Origin: an uncultured Clostridia bacterium
GTDB taxonomy: Bacteria > Bacillota > Clostridia > Christensenellales > UBA1242
Direction of reading: 5' to 3'
NCBI GenBank assembly: GCA_944350265.1
Contig: CALVOG010000006.1
Coordinates: 6,709 to 70,708 of the forward strand
DNA length: 64,000 bases
Shown: one piece after another, positions 31,011 through 38,190 of the stretch
Layout: each line of letters begins with the position of its first letter
Numbering within the stretch: the first letter of the stretch is position 1
Program-made: the position numbers and the translations under genes
The notes under the pieces: model-generated
Database searches by the model: none
Seen by the model: the letters and a program-made list of their open reading frames with translations, nothing else
What the model was told of the DNA's origin: nothing

Positions 31011-31544
31011 ATGGAAACAATTTTGAAACTCAAAAAAATATTTAGGCAGGGCTATTTGCCAAACCGTGGCAAGGAGCAGTATTCCTTTGTTTCAAACACA
31101 GCGAACGTCACAAATTGCTTCGAGCACGCTTGTTTTAATTTAACCAACGAGCAACTCAAAGACTTTAATGAAAACGACCTTAAAAACTTTTTCGCACTGC
31201 CCGTGCTTGCGAATTTGGACTTATCTAGGGAGGAAATGTTTGACGCTGTGAAAAAGGAGATTTCAAAAACAGGGCTTAAAGTGAAGAAAACGGCGGAAAA
31301 TTTGAAGGAAAACGAGTGGAATGTGGCGATGTATTTTTCAAATTACGACATTGATGTGCATTTTCTTTTGCAAGAGAAAAACGGTGGCTGGTCGGGCAAG
31401 TTTGGGCAATCACAAAAAACTGACCACTACTCCTTTTTACCCTTAAAACTTGTGGGCGCGCTCACTGACTATAAACTCTATAAGGTTTTCACCATTGAAA
31501 ATCCCTATCTTTCCAAGGAAAACAAAGAGGAAAAAACAAGATAA
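31011..31544 (+). CDS. hypothetical protein (177 aa); possible papain-fold Cys/His enzyme (weak)
   Basis: Candidate Cys in VTNCFEHACFNL and candidate His in DIDVHFLLQEKNGGWSGKFG. The spacing is reminiscent of NlpC/P60-, CHAP- or C39-like folds. Motif-level guess only. Confidence 0.5.
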   Translation: METILKLKKIFRQGYLPNRGKEQYSFVSNTANVTNCFEHACFNLTNEQLKDFNENDLKNFFALPVLANLDLSREEMFDAVKKEISKTGLKVKKTAENLKENEWNVAMYFSNYDIDVHFLLQEKNGGWSGKFGQSQKTDHYSFLPLKLVGALTDYKLYKVFTIENPYLSKENKEEKTR

Positions 31545-31786
31545 ACAGACAAAATCAATTTAAGATAAAGTGATAAATCGGCATAGGTTTTAAGCATTTT
31601 TGTATCTCTTAAGCAATTAAACCGCGCTATTTTTAACATATTTATTAAAAATGAAACGCGAAGAAAACATAAGAGAAGCAAAAACGCAAGATGAAATAAA
31701 ACAAGAGATATTTAGGGAGCAAAGATTTTGGCAAGGATTATTTTTAATACCACTTGAAAAGTTTTGCCAATTTTTTTGATATTTCC

Positions 31787-31815
31787 TTGAAAAATATTTA
31801 ATTTTATGATATAAT
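31787..31815 (+). promoter_or_regulatory. promoter TTGAAA-17-TATAAT for typA
   Basis: TTGAAA 31787-31792, TATAAT 31810-31815. Confidence 0.6.
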
Positions 31816-31843
31816 CGGTTGGTTAAAAAATGTGAGGCAAAGT

Positions 31844-33676
31844 ATGGAAAACAAAAAGATAAGAAATGTGGCGATAATTGCGCACGTCGACCACGGCAAA
31901 ACTTCGCTTGTGAACGAAATGTTGAAGCAAGGCAATGTTTTTAGAGAAAATCAGGTGGTTGCTGACCGCGTTATGGACAGCAATGCGCTTGAAAGAGAAA
32001 GAGGAATCACAATTTTGTCGAAAAACACCTCTTGCTTTTATGACGGCGTGAAAATTAACGTTGTGGACACGCCAGGACACGCCGATTTTGGCGGAGAAGT
32101 GGAGCGCGTCCTTAAAATGGTTGATGGCGTGCTTTTGGTTGTGGACGCCTATGAGGGACCTATGCCACAAACGCGCTTTGTGCTTGAAAAGGCGCTCGCA
32201 CTGGGGCTTAAAGTTATTGTGGTCATAAACAAAATCGACAGACCTGACGCGCGCGTTGGAGAGGTCATTGATGAGGTTTTGGAACTCTTTTTGGAACTAG
32301 ATGCAAACGAAGAGCAACTCAATTCGCCGTTCGTGTTTGCTTCGGCGCGCCAAGGAATTGCCTCCACCGACAAAAACACCTTAGGCACCGACCTCAAACC
32401 ACTTTTTGAAACGATTATTGACTACATTCCAGCGCCAACGGGCGACGAAAACGGCTCGCTTAGAATGCTTGTTTCCTCTTGCGAACAAAACGACTATGTG
32501 GGGAAACTTGCAGTTGGCAAAGTGGAAAATGGCGAGATAAAGGTGGGGCAGAATGTTGTTGTTTGCAACTACCACGACGAAGCAAAGCGCTTAAAAGGTA
32601 AGATTGTCAGCTTGTTTGTGTATGAGGGCTTAAAAAGGGTGAATGTTGAGAAGGCGTCCTATGGCGAAATTGTTTGCGTGGCGGGGCTTGCCGATGTCAC
32701 CATTGGCGACACGATATGTGACGAGGCGGACGTCCGTCCAATCGAGTTTGTGAAGATTGCTGAGCCGTCGGTTGAGATGACCTTTATGGTGAACGACAGT
32801 CCTTTTGCGGGCAAAGAGGGCAAGTTTGTCACCTCGCGCCATTTAAGAGATAGGCTCTATAAAGAGGCGGTGAAAGACTTGTCGCTGAAAGTGGAGGATG
32901 GCGAAACGGCAGAAAAGTTCAAAGTTTGCGGGCGTGGCGAGATGCATCTTTCCATACTTATTGAGAATATGCGCCGAGATGGCTATGAATTTCAGGTATC
33001 TCAGCCAAAGGTTTTAATCAAGGAAATTGACGGCGTGAAGTGCGAACCGATTGACAGGCTATACTTAGATGTGCCAGAGGATGCGGTTGGCACGGTTATG
33101 AATAAAATGGGCGTTCGTAAGGCGGAACTTCAAGGTATGACGCCTCACGGGTCACGTATGAGAATGGAGTTTTTGATTCCGTCACGCGGGCTTTTCGGCT
33201 TTAAGAGTGAGTTTTTAACCGACACGCGAGGAGAAGGCATAATCAACTCAATTTTCTATGACTACGAGCCGTATAAGGGCGAGATTAACCGCCGAGATTT
33301 TGGCTCACTTGTGGCGCACGAAGAGGGCGAGGCGATTGTTTACGGACTTTTCAACGCGCAGGAGAGAGGGGAACTTTTCATCGGTCCTGGCACTCCGGTG
33401 TATGCTGGAATGGTGGTTGGCTCCAACCCAAAGGGTGGCGATATTGTTGTGAACGTTTGCAAGCGCAAGCACCTTTCAAATATGCGCGCTTCGGGCAGTG
33501 ACGACGCACTTCGCTTGACGCCTCCTCGCATTATGAGCCTTGAAGATTGCATCGAATTTTTGGGCGATGACGAGTATTTGGAGGTGACACCAAAATCGAT
33601 TCGCATAAGAAAAATCATTTTGGACCACAATATGCGCCTTAGAGAGCGTGGAAAAATGCTTCGCGGTGAAATTTAG
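31844..33676 (+). CDS. typA: translational GTPase TypA/BipA
   Basis: [18 protein letters not shown] (G1), [16 protein letters not shown] (G3), NKIDR (G4), EF-G-like domains. Start set to the ATG at 31844 (MENKKIRN), preceded by GAGG. Confidence 0.95.
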   Translation: MENKKIRNVAIIAHVDHGKTSLVNEMLKQGNVFRENQVVADRVMDSNALERERGITILSKNTSCFYDGVKINVVDTPGHADFGGEVERVLKMVDGVLLVVDAYEGPMPQTRFVLEKALALGLKVIVVINKIDRPDARVGEVIDEVLELFLELDANEEQLNSPFVFASARQGIASTDKNTLGTDLKPLFETIIDYIPAPTGDENGSLRMLVSSCEQNDYVGKLAVGKVENGEIKVGQNVVVCNYHDEAKRLKGKIVSLFVYEGLKRVNVEKASYGEIVCVAGLADVTIGDTICDEADVRPIEFVKIAEPSVEMTFMVNDSPFAGKEGKFVTSRHLRDRLYKEAVKDLSLKVEDGETAEKFKVCGRGEMHLSILIENMRRDGYEFQVSQPKVLIKEIDGVKCEPIDRLYLDVPEDAVGTVMNKMGVRKAELQGMTPHGSRMRMEFLIPSRGLFGFKSEFLTDTRGEGIINSIFYDYEPYKGEINRRDFGSLVAHEEGEAIVYGLFNAQERGELFIGPGTPVYAGMVVGSNPKGGDIVVNVCKRKHLSNMRASGSDDALRLTPPRIMSLEDCIEFLGDDEYLEVTPKSIRIRKIILDHNMRLRERGKMLRGEI

Positions 33677-33791
33677 CGAGATTTATAGATAATTTTATAA
33701 AAACAAATTGCCTAAAAATTTAAAGGTAAGAACATCAAAACAACCAAGTTTTAATTTGAACGAGTGCTTAGTTTGAGATTGGAAGAAAGAG

Positions 33792-33820
33792 AAAAAGGAG
33801 TTTTATAGACTCCTTTTTTA
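33792..33820 (+). terminator. rho-independent terminator of typA
   Basis: Stem AAAAAGGAGT / ACTCCTTTTT, loop TTTATAG, T-run. Confidence 0.8.
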
Positions 33821-33880
33821 TATATTTATAATGGATTTTTTATCACCTTATAAATTGTTTTTAATCTATCTTTTGTATTT

Positions 33881-34011
33881 TGCAATTTTTATCTTTCGTG
33901 TTTTGAAATTATGCTTGCAATTTTTATCTTTTGTGTTTAGCAATTATGCTTGCAATTTTTATTTTTTGTATTTAGCAATTATGCTTGCAATTTTTATCTT
34001 TTGTGTTTTCG
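33881..34011. repeat. 35-bp tandem repeat, about 3.7 copies
   Basis: TGCAATTTTTATCTTTTGTGTTTAGCAATTATGCT units at 33881, 33916, 33951 and 33986 (partial). The track ORF 33831-34016 is an artefact of this repeat. Confidence 0.85.
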
Positions 34012-34234
34012 TTTAATTTTAATTTTTCAACACTCTTACTTTTGTGAAATAGTATGAGTTTTTGACGTTTTTATCTAAACATTTAAGTTTATCTTTTGTG
34101 TTGTTTAGATATTATTAATATCTCACTTATTTTATTATTTGCGCTTTATAAAATGTTCTTTCTAAATTGACTTTCATTTAAACATTTTTTGCGCGCTCAA
34201 TTTTTGTCAACCTTAACAAATTTGCTTGCAAAAA

Positions 34235-34435
34235 TTACTTGCAACCACCACAGCCACAGTTACTTAAAAGCAAAAGGAACAAAATGGTGCCACAGTCAAC
34301 ATTGATGCCCTTCATTCCACATCCGCCACAGCATTGAAGAAGCAGAATGAGGAAAAGGAGCGAGCAACTGTCATTACCACAGCCACCGCAATCTCTGTTC
34401 ATAGTGTCGCCACAAGAGCCTCCAAAAAAGTTCAT
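34235..34435 (-). CDS. 66-aa Cys/Gly-rich hydrophobic mini-protein, two tandem modules; YjcZ-like 'tiny TM' sporulation-protein resemblance
   Basis: Strong SD (AGGAGGTACAT then ATG). 11 Cys. Two modules: DCGGCGNDSCSLLFLILLLQCCGGCG and DCGTILFLLLLSNCGCGGCK. Family resemblance recalled from memory. Confidence 0.55.
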   Translation of the reverse strand: MNFFGGSCGDTMNRDCGGCGNDSCSLLFLILLLQCCGGCGMKGINVDCGTILFLLLLSNCGCGGCK

Positions 34436-34789
34436 ATGTACCTCCTAATTTTTTTTCATATGTTTTGTGCTTAGCACATTATCATTCTATTAAAAGGCGC
34501 AAAAAGTGTGAAAAATTATTAAAATATGATAAAAACAAGCGCGTGTCGACAAACCTAAGAAGGAGCAATGTCATTTTACGAAAAGTGACAATGTCACCTT
34601 GAATGGCAAATAAATGCTTTGCCTTAAAGTGAAAATGTTGTGCAATAAGAAGAGTTGTAAAATAATTTTATGGCGCAAGAAGAAAGATATGAAGTGTTTG
34701 ATAAGAACTCAGCACAAAAATTTTTGTGAAAGAATGAATGAATAATTTTCCTCTTATTGCAAACAATAAAAGCGTTAAAAGGAGGAAAA

Positions 34790-35350
34790 ATGAAAAGAAG
34801 TCTTAAAAGCGTGATTTCACTTTTTGCCGTTGTTGCCATACTTTTGGTGGGCGGTTTAACTCTCACGGCGTGCGGAACGAACACCTACATAACACCATCA
34901 AGCGGAGCGTCGTTTTCTGGCAGTGATGTGAAGTTCACAAACGCCAGCGATTTTGCTCTTAGATATGTTGGCGACAACAAGTATGAGGCAACAGGAAGCG
35001 CCAATGCAATGACCAAGGACCAAGCAACCGCGTGGGGAACAGTGGAAGGCTCAAAATTCGTTGTTTTAAACGTAAAGATGGGCAAAGACGCCAATGCCAT
35101 CATCGGCTGGAGAAACAAAGAGACCGAAGATAAGGCGTTTGCGGAAAGCGAAATCGACGGCACGCTCATCAAACGTTCAACGTCAAGTAACGACACCAAA
35201 AACTACATTTTGGCACTCACCGACGGCGACACGTTAAGGCACGAAGACCTTAAAGTTTGGCGAATTGAGATAACCGAGAACGGCGCGAAAGAAAGCGTTG
35301 CTTACACAGTTGATTTCACCAAACTTTACGAAAACCTAGCGAAAAAATAA
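34790..35350 (+). CDS. lipoprotein, function unknown
   Basis: Start set to ATG 34790 after AAAGGAGG. Signal peptide plus lipobox LTLTAC|G. Confidence 0.75.
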   Translation: MKRSLKSVISLFAVVAILLVGGLTLTACGTNTYITPSSGASFSGSDVKFTNASDFALRYVGDNKYEATGSANAMTKDQATAWGTVEGSKFVVLNVKMGKDANAIIGWRNKETEDKAFAESEIDGTLIKRSTSSNDTKNYILALTDGDTLRHEDLKVWRIEITENGAKESVAYTVDFTKLYENLAKK

Positions 35351-35369
35351 CGCCAAGGCGGAATTTTAG

Positions 35370-35410
35370 GCAAGCAAAAAGAAATTTTCTCTTTTGCTTG
35401 TCTTTTTTTT
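35370..35410 (+). terminator. rho-independent terminator (isolates the downstream operon)
   Basis: Stem CAAGCAAAA / TTTTGCTTG followed by a T-run of about 9 (TCTTTTTTTT). Confidence 0.75.
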
Positions 35411-35418
35411 AAAATATT

Positions 35419-35427
35419 TGTTATAAT
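35419..35427 (+). promoter_or_regulatory. extended -10 element TGtTATAAT, candidate promoter of the 7-gene operon
   Basis: TG 35419-35420, TATAAT 35422-35427. No good -35. ATG at 35450. Confidence 0.4.
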
Positions 35428-35449
35428 AACTTTGAGACAAAGGGCTTCA

Positions 35450-36217
35450 ATGGAACTAATCAAATTCAACGGAACGAACGAAAAATTGTTTTCGCGCGTG
35501 GTGGTGGGAAACTGCACGCCGAAAACCACGCTTATTGTGCCAGAAACTCACAGCGCACTTGTCTTTTTTAATGGCGAGATGCTTCAAACCCTTTCAAAAG
35601 GACGCTACAAACTTGCCGACATTGTCAATATATCTAGCGACGCGCTTTTGGAAATCATCTTCGTTTCAAAAACGGCAAAACTAAAACTTTTGTGGGGAAC
35701 GCCAAACAAATTCACTCTCTTCGACCCGGCACCATACAAAGTTGGGCTAAGCGGTGAGTTTGAGGTGCAGGTTGCCGACCCAAGAAAATGCTTTCTCTAT
35801 CTTGTTGGTGCAGAAGAGGACCTAACGGCAGACGCACTGCAAGAAAGGTTAACCTCACGGCTCGTTTCGGAGATTTCGCTTGCTCTTTCAAAGTATGTCA
35901 AAGAAAACTCGTTAAAGCGTGATCAAATTTTCATTGAAAGGCAAAAGATTGCCGATTCCGCTCTCAAAAGTGTTTCAACGATTTTTAATAATGAGTATGG
36001 AATCAAGGTTTTTTCGCTCAGCATTTTAAATGTAATCTTTGACGAAAACATAAGCGCAAGCGAAAAGGTTTGTCCAAATTGTCACACCGCCCTTCTTGCC
36101 GACGCCAAATTTTGCTTTAATTGTGGCGAAAAATTAAGTGGCAAGGTCTGCTTGAAATGCCATTTTGAAAATGTCAATGGTGCGAAATTCTGCGCGAATT
36201 GCGGAGAAAAATTTTAG
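35450..36217 (+). CDS. SPFH (band-7)-like protein of the YdjI/COG4260 type with two C-terminal zinc ribbons
   Basis: N-terminal ..LIVPETHSALVFFNGEMLQTLSKGRYKL.. matches the YdjI-type pattern (recalled). CPNCHTALLADAKFCFNCGEKL and CLKCHFENVNGAKFCANCGEKF. Start set to ATG 35450, because the TTG at 35432 lies only 4 nt downstream of the -10 hexamer and so falls at or upstream of the predicted transcription start. Confidence 0.6.
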   Translation: MELIKFNGTNEKLFSRVVVGNCTPKTTLIVPETHSALVFFNGEMLQTLSKGRYKLADIVNISSDALLEIIFVSKTAKLKLLWGTPNKFTLFDPAPYKVGLSGEFEVQVADPRKCFLYLVGAEEDLTADALQERLTSRLVSEISLALSKYVKENSLKRDQIFIERQKIADSALKSVSTIFNNEYGIKVFSLSILNVIFDENISASEKVCPNCHTALLADAKFCFNCGEKLSGKVCLKCHFENVNGAKFCANCGEKF

Positions 36218-36226
36218 GAGGTAATT

Positions 36227-36622
36227 ATGTTGTATGTTTATATTGCGCTTGCAGTTGTCATTGTTGGGCTTGCCATATTTTTCCTTATCAAAGAGTTGAA
36301 AAGCCCGAAAAAGCAGGTGACTGAGGGCGATGTTGTGGTGGAAAGTAAGCGTCGAATAGAAAAGGCGGTTTCAAACCTCGATTCGATGATTGAGCTTGTG
36401 CAAAATAACGACAAGTTAAAAACGAAACTCTCGTCGCTGAGAGAAATCATCCGCTTTTTAAATCCAGTTAAAAGCGAAAAGGTGAAGGTGGTGGATGAGA
36501 AGATTTTATCACGCCTTGACGACCTTAAAATTGAGATAAGTAAGGACGAAAATGCTGAAACCATTTGGCGTATGATTGAAGAGGTTGAGGGATATATCGC
36601 GCAAAGGACGAAAGAAGTATGA
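36227..36622 (+). CDS. single-pass membrane protein with a cytoplasmic helical domain (131 aa)
   Basis: SD AGGAGG. TM helix LYVYIALAVVIVGLAIFFLI. The rest is predicted helical/coiled. Confidence 0.6.
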   Translation: MLYVYIALAVVIVGLAIFFLIKELKSPKKQVTEGDVVVESKRRIEKAVSNLDSMIELVQNNDKLKTKLSSLREIIRFLNPVKSEKVKVVDEKILSRLDDLKIEISKDENAETIWRMIEEVEGYIAQRTKEV

Positions 36623-36972
36623 CGCGAACACTTTCGGTGAGCGTTAGTGCGAAGGACCCTGAAAACGCACTAAGAGAGTTAAAACTGGGCTACATAAATT
36701 TAGAGGACGGGCTTTTCAAAAACGCCGAGGTCGATTTTGATATGGTGCTTTTATTAGACCCTGAGTGCGCGGACGCCTTTTGGGGGCTTATGCTTGCAAA
36801 GAAAAAAATTAGGCGCGAAGAAGCACTTAAAACCAACGCGGTGCTATATAAAGACATCGTAAAACTAAAAGAATACGACAAAGCAATGGAGTTTGCGGAC
36901 GAGACAAAAAAGGCGCTTTATAAAAACCTTTTAAGCGAAATCTACAAACTTAACGACGGCGATAATTATTAA
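36619..36972 (+). CDS. small TPR-like helical protein (117 aa)
   Basis: ATGA overlap with the previous gene. The motif ..AEVDFDMVLLLDPECADAFWGLMLAKKK.. resembles the TPR unit found after the zinc ribbon in the 1206-aa protein (..AEKEFDKIISLYPKSYEAFFGRVLSKNK..). Confidence 0.55.
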   Translation: MTRTLSVSVSAKDPENALRELKLGYINLEDGLFKNAEVDFDMVLLLDPECADAFWGLMLAKKKIRREEALKTNAVLYKDIVKLKEYDKAMEFADETKKALYKNLLSEIYKLNDGDNY

Positions 36973-36983
36973 AAGGAGGCTGT

Positions 36984-37586
36984 ATGTGGTGGCCATTTAA
37001 ACGGAATAAATTTAAAAACATTGTGCGAGAAGATTTGGTGAACTCCATTTGCGAACTCGAAAGGCAAGAACGCACGGCGGAAGCGGAAATAATGCAAAAG
37101 CAAAAGGAAATTGACGCGCTTTTAGAGAAAGGTAAGAAGGAAAAAACGGAGGATTTGAGGCTTTTCTATGCAAAAAAAATCAGCCACCTCAAAGAAGAAA
37201 AAGCGTCGATTGTGGAAAGGGGGATGTATCTTCTTTATAACATTCGCCTTATGAACAAACTTAAAGATGCGTATGACGCAAACGCCTTCTTTAAAACCAA
37301 AACAAAGGTGCCTCTTTCAGAACTACTTGCCGACCAAAGAGGACTTGCAAAATTCTTAAACAAGGCGCTTGAAACGCGCATTGCAAGCGAGGATGTTTTA
37401 ACAAGTGCTGACGATTTGTTCAGTGAAATCCAGGGCGCATACGACAAAAACGAAAGTATTTACGGGCTTAAAAAAGAGGATGAAGAGCTCTTGTCCTCGT
37501 TCGAAAAAGAGGGCGCACTAAAAGACGAAGAGATGATTGGTGAAAGTGAAAAAGTCAAGGATAAAAAAATAAAAATGGAGGAGTAA
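36984..37586 (+). CDS. ESCRT-III superfamily (Snf7/CHMP-like) protein, paralogue 1
   Basis: SD AAAGGAGG. Aromatic/basic N-terminus MWWPFKRNKFK. Predicted long helical hairpin (REDLVNSICELERQ...LLEKGKKEKTEDLRLFYAKKISHLKEEKASIVERGMYLLYNIRLMNKL). Acidic C-tail. Call based on architecture only. Confidence 0.4.
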   Translation: MWWPFKRNKFKNIVREDLVNSICELERQERTAEAEIMQKQKEIDALLEKGKKEKTEDLRLFYAKKISHLKEEKASIVERGMYLLYNIRLMNKLKDAYDANAFFKTKTKVPLSELLADQRGLAKFLNKALETRIASEDVLTSADDLFSEIQGAYDKNESIYGLKKEDEELLSSFEKEGALKDEEMIGESEKVKDKKIKMEE

Positions 37587-37588
37587 AA

Positions 37589-38182
37589 ATGGGACTTTTT
37601 AGAACAAAACAGCAAAAGGAAATTCAAAAAAAGATGCTTGTTAAGCGCACGGTGAACTCGATGAACAAGCAAATTGCAAGGCTGGAGGAGCAGAAAAAGG
37701 TGTTTATTGACGCCGCAAAGCGCGCAAAAGAGAAGAATTTGGATGCGCAATTTAATCTGGCGTTGTCGGGCTACCGAATGACCACTCAGCAACAAAAACG
37801 CGCACAAGAAATGCTTTTGAACTTTGAAATAACCGCGCAAATGCGCGATGTCACAATGATGACCACCGAATTTTTGAGAGGGATGAGCGTTATCAGCAAG
37901 GAGATGAGCAAACTTGCCGACGCCAAGGAATTTGAGAAGATTCAAGCGCAGTTTGAAGAGGCAATCACTGCTGTTGAAACTCAAACCGAGCAGATTGACA
38001 GTTTTATGGAACTAAGCCAAGAGAGTTTTGCTTCGGCTGGCAAGGCTAAGGACGGAAAGGATATCACCGCTGACGATTTTGAAAAATTCATCACCGAGGC
38101 ATCCTCAAAAGACGAGGCGTCAAATGACGATATCGACAAGGAAATTGAAGAATTAAAAAAGAAAATTGACAGCGAAGCATAG
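37589..38182 (+). CDS. ESCRT-III superfamily (Snf7/CHMP2/3-like) protein, paralogue 2, with a C-terminal MIM1-like motif
   Basis: N-terminal MGLFRTKQQKE (compare CHMP3 MGLFGKTQEK, recalled). The helical hairpin and alpha3-5 layout parallels CHMP2/3. C-terminus DDIDKEIEELKKK has hydrophobic residues at i, i+4 and i+7 followed by Lys. Confidence 0.55.
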   Translation: MGLFRTKQQKEIQKKMLVKRTVNSMNKQIARLEEQKKVFIDAAKRAKEKNLDAQFNLALSGYRMTTQQQKRAQEMLLNFEITAQMRDVTMMTTEFLRGMSVISKEMSKLADAKEFEKIQAQFEEAITAVETQTEQIDSFMELSQESFASAGKAKDGKDITADDFEKFITEASSKDEASNDDIDKEIEELKKKIDSEA

Positions 38183-38190
38183 GAGAAAAT

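Noticed and set aside
31651-31782. 43-aa ORF (MKREENIREAKTQDEIKQEIFREQRFWQGLFLIPLEKFCQFF) upstream of typA
   Set aside because: No RBS and no convincing promoter. It overlaps the typA promoter region, and there is not enough evidence to call a small protein.
33831-34016. 61-aa ORF
   Set aside because: It is generated by the 35-bp tandem repeat. It has no RBS and its sequence is a periodic translation of the repeat.
34235-34435. RiPP (heterocycloanthracin, sactipeptide or lanthipeptide) precursor interpretation of the Cys-rich 66-aa ORF
   Set aside because: No cyclodehydratase, radical-SAM, LanB/C/M, protease or ABC exporter genes are within the window. The hydrophobic poly-Leu cores fit a membrane or spore micro-protein better.
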